Below are positions 44,785 to 56,051 of a stretch of DNA of 64,000 nt, piece by piece. Numbering within the stretch: position 1 is the stretch's first letter; the number at the start of each line of letters is the position of its first letter. A program made the translations under genes and the position numbers. The notes under the pieces are model-generated. The model did not search any database, was not told where the DNA came from, and saw only the letters and a program-made list of their open reading frames with translations. The stretch comes from an uncultured Planctomycetaceae bacterium (GTDB taxonomy: Bacteria; Planctomycetota; Planctomycetia; Isosphaerales; Isosphaeraceae), in assembly GCA_963833985.1 (NCBI GenBank), contig CAWIAD010000001.1, positions 1,280,001 to 1,344,000 of the forward strand, in the 5' to 3' direction.

Positions 44785-45070
44785 AGGGCTACCCTACGGG
44801 TTGTTTCTTCCTGAGTTTCACCACAGGAGAAGCCGGCTTTGCAATTCTGGTCAGTCCAGCAGTCAAGTCTCGCTTACCGACTCCGCGGTAAGGGCCGCGC
44901 GAACGACGCCACTGACCGCCTCCCTGGTTATGGCCGTCACCGAGTCCACGCCCGAGCGATCCACATAAGTTCAGGATCTTGAAATACGGAAACAGGGTCG
45001 GAGGTGGACAGGGCGTGAGCAAGCGGTTCCTGATGTCTAGGCGAATCGTCGTAAGTCGTTGGTATCAAAG

Positions 45071-45143
45071 CGCGCCCGGTAGGATTCGAACCTACAACCT
45101 TCGGATTCGAAGTCCGCGACTCTATCCGTTGAGCTACGGGCGC
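45071..45143 (-). tRNA. tRNA-Arg (TCG)
   Basis: GCGCCCGTAGCTCAACGGATAGAGTCGCGGACTTCGAATCCGAAGGTTGTAGGTTCGAATCCTACCGGGCGCG; anticodon loop CTTCGAA; upstream TTGCCC-16-TATACT (45179-45206). Confidence 0.94.
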
Positions 45144-45511
45144 AGTTGCCAGGCCCAGGAGGTCCGGGCGATCCCTCAAGTATACCGAGAGCCCCGGGGC
45201 GGGCAAGGTGCTGATACCTACGCCTGCCTGTGTGAAGAATCCCGGCACGAAGCTTCCATCAATGCATCTTGTCGCTTGCTTGACGCTCGGTGCGAAGACT
45301 GACTATCGTTAAGGAAGGACCTTTGCCCAGAGCCCAGGCAAGTCCCAGCAAGGCCGCATCGTGCGAAGGCCCATTATGGCAGTTGGTCCTCACGAAAGCA
45401 GCCGGGTGAATTGTGGCTGCGCTCGCCGGCTCGAATCGGGCCGACTCGCATCGCTGGCAGGGATCGTTTTTTCAAGGCATGCGAAGCCTGGCAGCGTTGG
45501 AGCTACTGATC

Positions 45512-45790
45512 ATGATGGTGCCCAGAGAAATCCTCGGTCACGTGACGGCAGAACCGTTTCGGCCGTTCCGGATCCACACGGCAAGCGGCCGGACCTTCGC
45601 GATCCGGCACCCGGAGGTTGTCCAGGTGGGCCGGACCACCTTGACCATCTTCACGCCTCTGGCGGATGATCTCCACGATGCCCAATCACTCTGGCACAAG
45701 GTTTCTTTGATGTTGATCGAATCAATCGAGCCGCTCGATGCTTCGTCCGCCGAGGCAGCCAAGGACGACCTATCCAGGCAAACGCCATGA
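45512..45790 (+). CDS. Small hypothetical protein ('PFRPFRI..SGR.F.IRHPE' type)
   Basis: Motif type recurrent in Planctomycetes; GGAG RBS; ATGA overlap with rimO. Confidence 0.7.
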   Translation: MMVPREILGHVTAEPFRPFRIHTASGRTFAIRHPEVVQVGRTTLTIFTPLADDLHDAQSLWHKVSLMLIESIEPLDASSAEAAKDDLSRQTP

Positions 45791-47247
45791 CTCACCACCC
45801 CGCTGTGAAAGCCAGAGTTTCCTTCGTCAGTCTGGGTTGCTCCAAGAACCTCGTCGACTCGGAGCGGATGCTCGGGCTGCTGGCGCAGGACGGGTTTGCC
45901 CTGGTGCCCGAGGGACAGGAATCGGACCTGGTCATCGTCAATACCTGCGGGTTCATCGACGCGGCCCGGCAAGAGTCCTGCAATGTGATCGAGGAACTGC
46001 TCGAGCGCAAGTGCGCGGGGCAGGTGAAGGGGGTCATCGTCGCCGGCTGCCTGGCCGAGCGGCAGAAGGACCTGCTGCTGGACCAGTACCCCGACGTCGA
46101 CCAGGTGGTCGGGGTGTTCGGCCGCGAGGAGATCGCGCGTGTGTCCGAGCGGCTCATGAGCGGGCTGCACGAGCAGCGGTCGGTCTTCCGGCCGGCACCG
46201 GTGCAGGCCCAGGACGACCGGGCACGGCTGCGCATCACGCCGCGGCACCTGGCCTACCTGAAGGTCTCGGAGGGGTGCGACCGGCTCTGTACGTTCTGTG
46301 CCATCCCGTACATGCGCGGCAAGCACATCACCAAGCCGATCGAGCGCGTGGTCGAGGAGGCCCGCGAGCTGGCGGCCGACGGCGTCCGCGAGCTGATCCT
46401 CGTCGCCCAGGACATGACCTATTACGGCGTCGATCTGTATGGCCGCCCCCGGCTGGCCGAACTGCTGCGAGAGCTCGATGCGGTGGAAGGACTGGACTGG
46501 ATCCGCATCCTCTACAACTATCCCAGCTACTTCACCGACGAGCTGTACGACGTGCTCGGCTCGGCGAGGCGGATCATCCCCTACCTGGACATGCCGCTCC
46601 AGCACATCAACGACCGGCTGCTGAAGGTGATGAACCGGCGGCACACCCGCGCCGAGACCGAAGCCATCATCGCAAGGCTGCGGGCGGCGATGCCGGGCCT
46701 GGTGCTGCGCACGACGCTGATCGTGGGTTTCCCGGGCGAGACCGATGCCGAGTTCGCCGAGCTGCTCGATTTCGTGGAGCAGACCCGGTTCGAGCGGCTC
46801 GGGGCCTTTGCCTATTCTCTGGAGCCGGACACTCCGGCCGCGAAGCTTTCCGACCACATGCCCGAGGAGGTGAAGCAGGAGCGCCGGGAGCGGGTGATGG
46901 CGGTCCAGCAGCCGATTGCCGAGGCGTTCAACCAGACGCTGGTGGGCCGCACGCTGGACGTGCTCATCGATGCCCCCGCGCCCGGGCGAAAGGCTGCCTG
47001 GCTGGGCCGCACGTACGCGGACGCTCCCGACGTGGACGGCGTGACGCTGGTGCAGGGGCCCGGAATCGAGCCGGGCGACCTGGTCACCTGCCAGATCGCC
47101 GAGGCGATCGGCTACGACCTGGTGGGTGTGCCGCTCCAGGGAGGCGGCCACTCCCGTCCGGTGCCGGGCCGCAAGCACATGCGAGCACGGCCGGGGCCCC
47201 GCAAGAAGCCGGCCGGATCACTGCCGATCCTGGACGTGACGCCATGA
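45787..47247 (+). CDS. rimO: Ribosomal protein S12 methylthiotransferase
   Basis: SLGCSKNLVDSE, NTCGFI, YLKVSEGCDRLCTFC, YLDMPLQH, TRAM domain with DAPDVDG. Confidence 0.96.
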   Translation: MTHHPAVKARVSFVSLGCSKNLVDSERMLGLLAQDGFALVPEGQESDLVIVNTCGFIDAARQESCNVIEELLERKCAGQVKGVIVAGCLAERQKDLLLDQYPDVDQVVGVFGREEIARVSERLMSGLHEQRSVFRPAPVQAQDDRARLRITPRHLAYLKVSEGCDRLCTFCAIPYMRGKHITKPIERVVEEARELAADGVRELILVAQDMTYYGVDLYGRPRLAELLRELDAVEGLDWIRILYNYPSYFTDELYDVLGSARRIIPYLDMPLQHINDRLLKVMNRRHTRAETEAIIARLRAAMPGLVLRTTLIVGFPGETDAEFAELLDFVEQTRFERLGAFAYSLEPDTPAAKLSDHMPEEVKQERRERVMAVQQPIAEAFNQTLVGRTLDVLIDAPAPGRKAAWLGRTYADAPDVDGVTLVQGPGIEPGDLVTCQIAEAIGYDLVGVPLQGGGHSRPVPGRKHMRARPGPRKKPAGSLPILDVTP

Positions 47248-47903
47248 GCAGCAGCCACGACGCCGGCGCGGGGGCCGCGGTGCGAGGCGGGTCCGGCGTG
47301 GCAGACCCCGAGCTCGCCGCGGACGGGGCGGGCCATCCCCGGTTCTGGAACGTGCCGAACACGATGACGGTGGGCCGCCTGGTGCTCTCCGCCGTCGTCT
47401 TCGTGTTCATGGGGCTGGGCCAGTACGCCATCGCGCTGTCTGTCTTCCTCTTCGCGGCACTTTCCGATGCACTCGACGGCTATTTCGCCCGCCTGCTGAA
47501 GCAGGGCACGCCGATCGGTCGCCAGCTCGACCCCCTGGTGGACAAGGTCATCGTCTCGGGCTGCTACATTTACCTGGCGTCGATCTCCGCGGAATCAGGC
47601 GTTTATCCCTGGATGGTCACGGCGATCGTGGTGCGCGAGCTGCTGATCCAGGGCTTGCGCAGCTTGCTGGAAGGGGCGGGGCAAGCCTTCGGCGCGAAGA
47701 CGGCCGGGAAGCTCAAGACCACGGTGCAGTGCCTGTCAATCTCCCTTGCACTCCTGGTACTCGCGCTGGAACAGGCGCCGGCGTGGCTGCTCCGGGCACG
47801 CGACGGCGCCACCTGGACCGCGGTGGGACTGACGATTTACAGCGGCGCGATGTATCTCGTGGGCGCGATGCCCGCGCTGCGCAGCCAGGCGACGAGGGAC
47901 TGA
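47244..47903 (+). CDS. pgsA: CDP-diacylglycerol--glycerol-3-phosphate 3-phosphatidyltransferase
   Basis: NVPNTMT..R, SDALDGYFAR...G.QLDPLVDK, GKLKT; follows rimO. Confidence 0.9.
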   Translation: MSSSHDAGAGAAVRGGSGVADPELAADGAGHPRFWNVPNTMTVGRLVLSAVVFVFMGLGQYAIALSVFLFAALSDALDGYFARLLKQGTPIGRQLDPLVDKVIVSGCYIYLASISAESGVYPWMVTAIVVRELLIQGLRSLLEGAGQAFGAKTAGKLKTTVQCLSISLALLVLALEQAPAWLLRARDGATWTAVGLTIYSGAMYLVGAMPALRSQATRD

Positions 47904-47907
47904 AGCG

Positions 47908-48975
47908 ATGGAGTGGGTGGAATCCTTGGTCCTGGGCGTCGTCCAGGGCATCACCGAGTTCTTGCCGGTCTCCAGCGATGGCCACCTGGTGATCACCCAG
48001 CAGCTCTTCGGGTGGTGGACGGGCCGGCCGCACAGCGGCGAGGAGAACCTGTTCTTCGACATCATGCTGCACGTGGGCACGCTGGCGGCGATCCTGGTGC
48101 ATTACCGCCGGGCCATCCGCGACGGCGCCCGCGGCTTCCTGCTGAACGCGGGCGATGTTCCCGCGGGGTTCGGCCGGGCCAGCGTGTTCCGCGCAGGGCT
48201 GCTGGCCGTGGTGGCCACGCTGCCGCTCATCCCGCTCAAGCTCTTCTTCATTGACTGGATCAAGGAGACGTTCAAGAGCAGCCAGGCGGCGGGCATCGGG
48301 TTCCTGATCACGGCCGCGGTCTTGCTGGTGGTGGGCGTGTGGCTGCGGCGCGGGCCCGGCGGCAAGAGCGGCCCGTCCCAGACGCGCTTTCTGGACGCGC
48401 TCTTGATCGGCATTGCCCAGATGTTCGCACCGCTGCCGGGAGTGAGCCGGAGCGGCTTGACCATCGCCGCGGCGCTCGCGCTGGGCTTCTCACCGGCCTG
48501 GGCGGTCGGCTTCAGCCTGCTCATCGCCGTGCCGGCCATCTCCGGTGCCGCCGTGTCGGAACTGAAGGACACGCTCACCGGCCCGCGCGCGTTCAGCCTC
48601 ACGCCGGACCGCATTGGCCAGACGGTGGCCGCCACGATCGTCGCCGGTATCGTGGGCTACATGGCCATCCTCTGGCTCATCCGGGTTGTTCGCGCCGGGC
48701 GGCTCTGGTATTTTTCTGTATACCTGGTCATCCTGGGAATTGTGGTCCTGCTCCTTTGCTCACGGTCCGGAGGATCGCTTGATGGCCGCCCGTCTCAGGC
48801 TGTGGACCGGCCCGCTGGCAGCCGCGCTGCGGGATTGCCTGCTGGAGGCCCAGGAGGACGCGCCGGCCGGCTGGTGGATTGTGCCCACGCCCCTGGCGCG
48901 CGATCAGCTCATGTGCGATCTGGCGGGCCGCGGGCGGAGCAAGGGCCAGCCCGCGCGGGTCTACTGCTGGGATGA
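47908..48975 (+). CDS. uppP: Undecaprenyl-diphosphate phosphatase
   Basis: GVVQGITEFLPVSSDGH, HVGT, PGVSRSG.TI; low-complexity tail overlaps addB. Confidence 0.93.
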   Translation: MEWVESLVLGVVQGITEFLPVSSDGHLVITQQLFGWWTGRPHSGEENLFFDIMLHVGTLAAILVHYRRAIRDGARGFLLNAGDVPAGFGRASVFRAGLLAVVATLPLIPLKLFFIDWIKETFKSSQAAGIGFLITAAVLLVVGVWLRRGPGGKSGPSQTRFLDALLIGIAQMFAPLPGVSRSGLTIAAALALGFSPAWAVGFSLLIAVPAISGAAVSELKDTLTGPRAFSLTPDRIGQTVAATIVAGIVGYMAILWLIRVVRAGRLWYFSVYLVILGIVVLLLCSRSGGSLDGRPSQAVDRPAGSRAAGLPAGGPGGRAGRLVDCAHAPGARSAHVRSGGPRAEQGPARAGLLLG

Positions 48976-51975
48976 CCTCTGGCAAGAGGTCCATGCGCGC
49001 TCGGGCAGGCCTCCGTGCTGGCTTTCGGCATCCGCGGCACGGGCGGTCTTTCGTGAAGCGGTCACCCAGGTGCACGGCGAGGGGCTCATCGAGCCGCTTG
49101 GCCGGGTGATTGACTGGCCCGGGTACCGCAAGCTGCTTCAGGGCCGCATCGCGTCCTGGACGCTTCAAGAGCGGCGCGGGGTGGAGACGCAGGGCGGCGA
49201 CGGTGGCGATGCCGACCTCGTCGAGGCCGCCGAATGGCAGGTCCACTTGCGATACCGGAAGCTGCTCGCCGGGCTCGGGGCGGAGGACGACGCGGGGATG
49301 GCGGTGTGGGCGTCTCGCGAGCTCGCACGCGAAGGCGGTCCGGTCATTCGAGCTGGCGCCGACGCCGCGAAATCGTGGAGCTTTCTGCATTACGAGGAAA
49401 CCTCGATGGCCCGGGCCCGCGTGCTCGACCGCGCCGCAGGCAGTGGGGGACCGGTTTGCGTCGCCCTGGCGTACGAGCCGGACGCGGCGGTCTCCGAGGT
49501 CTATCTCGCGGCGGCGCCGGTGCGGGCTCGCATGCTGGAGCAGGGGTTCGTGGAAACGGTGGTGGAGTGCGCGCCGGATCGTCCCGCCGGCCTGCGGGCC
49601 GTGGAGCGGGTGCTCTTCCGCGCTGCGCCGGGGAGCGAGCCTTCGGTGACGGCGAGCGACGGCCTGAGTGTCCTGGGTGCGCCGCGGGGCGACGCGGTGG
49701 CCCGGCAGGTGGCCCGCCGGGTTCGCGAGTTGCGGCTGGCCGGTGTTCCCGGCGACGACGTGCTTGTGCTCTTCCGGAAGTGGAGCGAGCAGGCAGCCCA
49801 TGTGGTGGATGTGCTGCGGACCTGGGAAGTGAGCCCTCATGCCGACGAGCCGGAGCCCCTCCAGCTCGAGGCGGCCGTCTCGGTCCTGCTCTCCGCGGCG
49901 CGGCTGCCCGGAGAGGATTGGGAGACCGAGCAGATCGTGCGGCTCTTGCGGAACGGCCTGGTGTGCCCTGCCTGGCCGGAGTGCGGCCCGATGGTGCTGG
50001 CGTCCGCCGCGTCGATCCTCAGATCCGTCTCCACGTTTCGCGGCCGCGAGCCCTTGCTGCGCGAGCTGGACCTGGCCATCGAGGAGCCCGACGAGCATGG
50101 GCCGCCGCCCGACCGGCTCAGAGCCACGCGCGCGGTGGTCGGCCGGCTCTTTGGCGTTCTGGACCAGGTGCGGCAGGCACGAACCTGGTCGGGCCAGGCC
50201 GCCGAGCTCCGCCTGCTGGCACGGGCGCTGGGGCTGGATCCCGGGCCAGGGGCAAGGGCAGGGGCAGGAGCAGGGGGGAGGCTGGAGGCGCTCTGGGATT
50301 CGCTCGATGATCATGCTCTGGCGATCGACTCGCTTGGCCGCGGCAGCGATCTGCTGTCCTGGGACGACTTCGTCGAGGAGCTGGGCGCGATCGCGGCCGA
50401 GATCACCATGGCCGCACCCGAACCGGCCGGGGCGCCATCCGGGTGTCAACCATCGATCGCGCGGCGGGTGCGACGGCCCGGCACGTGATCCTCGCCGATC
50501 TGGAGGAGGGCGTCTTCCCCGACCGGGCCTCGGTCGAACCCTTCCTGGCCCTTGCGGCCGGCGCAGAGCCGGATCTTGCCAGCCGCATGGCGTACGGCCG
50601 CGAGATGTGCCGGTTCCTGCACGCCCTGGGCGCGGCCCGGTCAACCTTGACGCTGGTCTACCCGACCACCGACCACAAGGGCCAGGAAGTCCTCCGAGCG
50701 GCGTTTCTGGATCACTTGCTGGGCCGGCTGAAGCCGGAGGCCGCGCTGGCGTGCCACACCTCCGCGGCGCGGTTCCATCCCGCCTACATCGAGGATGCCG
50801 GCCTGGCCGGAGTGCCGGCCGACGCCCGCGTGCGTGCCACCGCGCTGGCGATCGAGCAGTCAGACACCAGCGCACTGCGCCGGCTGGCTGGCACGCCGCG
50901 GCATCGCGAGGCTGTGCAGGGTATTGCGGCGGCGCTGCGGGCTCTCCAGGGGCGGCTGCGCGGCACGCCCTACGGCCCGTTCGAGGGATTGCTCGGCGAT
51001 GCGGCCGCCATCGACTCGGTGCGCGCGGCGTTCGGCCCGGGATGCACCTACAGTGCCAGCCAGCTCGAGACCTACATCGCCTGCCCCTTCCAGTTCTTCG
51101 CCCGGGAGGTGCTCAAGCTGAAGCCTGCCAGCGAGCTGGACGAGCTGGAAGAGGATTTCACCCGGCGCGGTAGCGTGGTCCATGACATCCTGGAACATTT
51201 TGAAAAGTTGATCCGTGATCGGGGGGGCGAACCGGCGGAAGGACTCCCCGCCCTGGCCTCGGCCGCCATCGAGGAGGTTCTGCGCACGCAGGTGGCGCAG
51301 CCATCGGACCTGGACGGCGGCTTGCAGCAGATGGAGCGGCAGCGGCTGGAACGCGTGATGGCCTTCTACCTCGCCCAGCGCGAAGAGTACGCGGAGGCGC
51401 CCGCCGGCCCACCGGTTCCTCACCTCTTCGAGGTGGCCTTCGGTGCCGATTACGCGGCATATCCGAAGCTCACGATTGGAGCAGGCGACCGGTCGATCCA
51501 GTTGCGGGGCCGGATCGACCGGATCGACCTGCTGCCGGCTCCCGGGGGCACGGGCTTTCGCGTCATCGATTACAAGACCGGCAAGGTACCGTCGCTGGCC
51601 GATGTGGGCAGGGGCGTGATGGTGCAGCTTGGCCTGTATGCGATGGCGGTGGAGCAGCTCATCCTGGGCGAAGTCGACGGCGGGCCCGTGCCTGCCGGCT
51701 TTGGCTACTGGGGGCTCAGGAAAGACGGCTACAGGGAGATGGAGTGCGACGACTGGCGGACGTTCAAGGAAGCGCTGGCCGCCCATGTGCTGAACATTGC
51801 CGATCAGATCCGGCGTGGTGAATTTGTCGTCGATTCGCGCAACCCGGGGTGCGAGAGCTACTGCGATTACCGCTCGGTTTGCCGGGTCCGCCAGGTTCGC
51901 ATGGCGGGCAAGTCACGCGATACCGGCGACCCGGAATTCGGTCTCCACTATCCCCGCCGGCCGCGCGGAGGGTGA
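48782..51975 (+). CDS. addB: AddB-like subunit (PD-(D/E)XK nuclease with Fe-S cysteines); frameshift near 50430
   Basis: SASQLETYIACPFQFF, RGRIDRID, VIDYKTG, QLGLY, C..CDY..VCR; upstream of an AddA-like helicase. Confidence 0.85.
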
Positions 51976-52023
51976 ATCATTGTTTATGTCCCATGACCCT
52001 TGCAATAACGTGAACGAGAGGGA

Positions 52024-52390
52024 GAAGAGATATGAGACACACTTGTTCCCACGCTCTGCGTGGGAACAAGGAAACATCTCATAAATTGGGGAAGAGATAT
52101 GCGACACACTTGTTCCCACGCTCTGCGTGGGAACACCGATCAGGACGCTCTGCGTCCCATGGATTTCCCAGCCTCAGCACGGTCCCGATCGACGCGGAGC
52201 GTCGCGGACGGCATTCCCACGCTGAGCGTGGGAACGAGGCGAAAACATATAAACTGTTGAAGAGATCTGCGGCGCACTTGTTCCCACGCTGAGCGTGGGA
52301 ACGATGAACGAACATATAAAGTAAAATATAGAATGTAAGAGATATGCGAACCAGTTGTTCCCATGCTCCGCGTGGGAACGAAGGAGCACC
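52024..52390 (+). repeat. Tandem array of REP family C palindromes with conserved AT-rich leaders
   Basis: Palindromes at 52045, 52112, 52213, 52280 and 52357; AAGAGATATGCG-like leader before four of them; secondary GACGC-N3-GCGTC pair between copies 2 and 3. Confidence 0.9.
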
Positions 52391-52487
52391 ATATGCATCA
52401 ACTGAATAGATCACTGTTTCAACGATATTGGCTCGTTCTCGGATTCGTCCTCCGAGCAGCGCGAGTCACTTGCACGCGGATTGCGCC

Positions 52488-55400
52488 ATGAACAGCAGCG
52501 AGGCGCCTGGCCGTTTCTCTCCCACGGGTGAACAGCAAGCAGTGCTGCTGGTGCGCGCCGCGAGCGTGGCGCTGCGGGCGGGCGCGGGATGCGGCAAGAC
52601 GTTCGTCCTCACCGAGCGCTACCGGCAGGAGCTCGATCTCCCGTCCGGCCGGCCGCTCGGTTCCGTGGTGGCACTCACGTTCACGGAGAAGGCGGCGCGC
52701 GAGCTGCGGCAGCGGATCGGCGCGGTCTGCCGCGCCCAGCTTGCCAGCGGCGCGGACGTGCCGCGCTGGGGCCTGTTGCTGCGCGCCTGGAAGCGGCGCC
52801 GATCGGCACGTTTCACAGCTTCTGCTCGGGGCTCTTGCGTACCTGTGCCGTGGCGATCGGCATCGATCCGCAGTTCAGCGTGCTGGATGACGCGGTGGCC
52901 GCCACGCTCCGCGACCAGGCCGTGCGTGTGGCCCTGCGCCAGCTTCTGGCCCGGCGCGACGACGATCTCATCGCCCTGGGCAGCGATCACGGCCTGGCAC
53001 AGGTGCGCGAGGCCCTGGGGTTTCTGCTCACCGGGCGTGCCGGCGGCGATCTCGACCTGTGGGCCGAACGCTCCGCCGAGGAGGTCGTGCAGCAGTGGCT
53101 GCGGGTCTGGAACGAGCGCGGCCGGGCCGCGGTGCTGCGTACGCTGGCTCCCAGGGCCAGGCGCACGCGACGCCTCCTGGAAGGCATCGACGCGTCCCAT
53201 CCTCAACTGGTCCAGCGCATCGCCGCGCTGTTGCCCTTGCTTCCGGGCCTGGAAGCGGGCGAGTGCACCGAGGCGCTGCTCGACGAGGTGGTCGAGCTGG
53301 CCCGGGTGAGCAACCTGAGGGCTGCCGCGGTCTGGCCGTCGGCAGAGATCAAGGACCGGGTGAAGGACGACTTTCAGGAGCTGAGAGACCGGATCGGCCG
53401 GGTCCGGAAGAAGCTGGACTACAGCCTGGAGGCGAGCCTTGCGGCCGCGCAGACGGGTCTCCACCTGGTGCGGTTGGCGGCCGAGGTGCGTGGCGTCTAC
53501 GCGCAACTCAAGGCCGCGCAGGCGCGCTCGATTTCGACGACCTGCTGGTGCAAACGCTGGATCTGCTGCGGAACCACCCGGACGTCATCACCGCGCCGAG
53601 CCTGGCAGGCCGCGTCGGCGCGATCGCGCTGCTGCTGGTCGATGAGTTCCAGGATACCGACCGGACCCAGACCGAGATCGTCGAGCGGCTCGCGGGCGAC
53701 GATTTCCAGGGCGGAGGGATGTTCGTGGTGGGCGACGTGCGGCAGTCGATCTACCGGTTCCGGGGCGCGGAGCCGGACATCTTTGACGGCTGGCGCCAGC
53801 GGTTGCCGGTCGCGGGGCGCAAGGACCTGAAGGAGAACTTCCGCAGCGTCCCCGGGGTGATCGACTTCGTCAACGCCCTCTTTGCCGAGTACTTCGCCGC
53901 GTGCGGGACCGGCTCGGGACCGGACGCCGAGCATCCGGAAGAGCACCGGCTCGTGGCCGTGAGGCCAGACCCGAACGACGGCCGCGCCGGGCCTGCCGTC
54001 CATTTCCTCTGGGCGCTGCCGGGGGATGAGGGCCAGGGCGGAAGCGAAGGCGCAGGCGACGGCGACGGCGACGGCCCGCGGAAGCCGGTGGCGCGTGATC
54101 GCCGCGAAAACGAGGCCCGGCTGCTGGCCCACTGGCTGAAGACCCGGCTGGAGGCCGGCTGGACGATCACCGACCGCCAGACCAACCAGCCCCGGCGCCG
54201 CATGGCGGCGACATCGCACTCCTGTTCCGGGCGATGACCGAGGTCGGCATCTACGAACGCGCCCTGGCCGACGCCGGGTTCGAGTACCACACTCAGGGCG
54301 GCTCGGCCTTTTACGCGCAGCAGGAGATCCACGACATCGTCAGCGTGCTCTCGGTCGTGGAGGATCCGTTCGACGAGGTGGCGCTGGCGGGCGCCCTGAG
54401 AAGCCCTTTTTTCTCGGTCTCCGACGATGGACTGTTCTGGCTGGCGCGGGGTCGAGGGGGGCCTGATCGCCGGCCTCCAGCGGTGCGATCAGATCGGCCA
54501 GCTCACCCCGGAGGATCGTGCCCTTGCCGAGCGGGCCAGAGAGCTGCTTGCTCGCTGGCGGCAGGTCAAGGACCACATCGGCCTGGCCGCGACGGTGCGC
54601 CGCATCCTGGACGACTCAGGGTTCGAAGCCGCGCTCGTGTGCGAGTTCCTGGGAGCGCGCAAGCTGGCCAACTGCCGCAAGCTGGTTCTGCTCGCCCGCG
54701 AGTTTGATCGCCAGGGCGGGTTCACGCTCACGGACCTGGTGGTCCGGCTCCGCGGCTATCTGGATGAGCCGCCCCGCGAGGAGCTCGCGGCCGCCACCGA
54801 CGAGCAGAGCACGAACGTCCGGCTGATGTCGATCCACCAGGCGAAGGGGCTGGAATTCCCGATCGTGGTGGTTCCCGACCTCAATCGCCAGGGCGATCCG
54901 CGGACTCCGTGGCTCGCCCATCACCCGGAGCTCGGCCTGGTCGTCCGTCCGGCGGCCACGCCCGCGGCGCCGCAGTCCGCGGGCATCGAGACGGGCTCCG
55001 AGCAGAGCGTGGGCTACCTGGCCTACACCGCCATCGAGCACGAGGAGGACAGGAAAGAGGCGATCCGCCTCTTCTACGTGGCAGCCACCCGGGCTCGCGA
55101 TGCGCTGATCCTCTCCGCCGGCTTGCCCGCGGACCCGGACCCGAAGCCGCAAGCCCCCGCGCTCGAGCTCCTCTGGGAGCGGTTCGCGTGGGAGAGCGGC
55201 GAATGCCTGGCGGCGTTGCCGGCGGGCTGGCCGGCCCCTCGGGTCGAGGTTGTCATGGAGACCCCACCGCCACCGCCGGCCCACACCGCCGGGCCCGGGC
55301 TCGCTGGCAAGCTGGCCGCCATCGAACGCGTCCTCGTCGAGGCCGAGCCTGTGTCCGAACCGCCGCCCGCGCGCCGGCTCTCACCCGGGCCGCGGCTCAT

Positions 55401-55992
55401 CGTTCTGGAACCGGAGCGCGTGCTGACCACGCACTCCGCGCGGCTGAACCGGCTGATCCGGTCCGTGTTCGCGGACAAGGGCCTGCTGCGCGGCGAGGCC
55501 CTGGCCGCGGTCTGTGCCCGCCTCGCCGTGCGGCAGGTGCCGGCCGCCGGCTCCTCGCTCATCACCGAGGCCCTGCAATGGCTTGAAGGCTGGACGTCGA
55601 GCCCCCTTTTCCACGAGCTCTGCCGGGTGTCCGAGTCAGCGTCCGATTCCAGGAAGCGCGGCGCGATCCAGCGGGATTGCCGCTGGACCCTGGAGTGGTC
55701 CGATCGCGGCGCCGGGCCCATCGTGATTCACGGCCAGCTCGATGTCGTCTATCGTGACTCCTCGGGTGCCTGGCGGCCCGTGCTGCTGGGCACGGCGGCC
55801 GCCGCCGACCCGGTGGACCGGCTGCGTCTCTTGCTTTCCGCCCGGGCCGCGCGGCAGCTCGGTTTCGACCCCGTCGGCCCCGCCTGGCGGCTGACCAGGT
55901 GCGATGACGGCAAGCTGACTCTGGAACAGCACACGGAACAGACCGGCGCCGGGCTCGACGAGGCCGTGGCTGCCTGGCACGGAACATTGTGA
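52488..55992 (+). CDS. addA: AddA-like UvrD helicase; frameshifts near 52785, 53522, 54195 and 54450
   Basis: AGAGCGKT, TFTEKAAREL, GTFHSF, VDEFQDT, VGD.RQSIYRFRGA, NFRS, SIHQAKGLEF, RLFYVAATRA occur in order across successive ORFs. Confidence 0.88.
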
Positions 55993-56051
55993 GCCCTCGC
56001 GCGTTCGAGGCCCGCACCCGCACGCAGGTCTGCCGCCCTCACCGCCGTGGT

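Noticed and set aside
45738..47903. 721-aa ORF spanning rimO and pgsA
   Set aside because: Only the last 219 aa (from ATG 47244) are PgsA; the rest is an alternate frame of rimO.
48782..48975. Functional dual-coding overlap of uppP and addB
   Set aside because: The uppP tail beyond the last TM is low-complexity read-through into addB; no sign of function.
52024..52390. CRISPR array
   Set aside because: Repeats are degenerate and unevenly spaced, linkers share motifs, one copy belongs to an inverted REP doublet, the unit recurs at 34 kb, and no cas genes are present. The Cas4-like motifs nearby belong to AddB.
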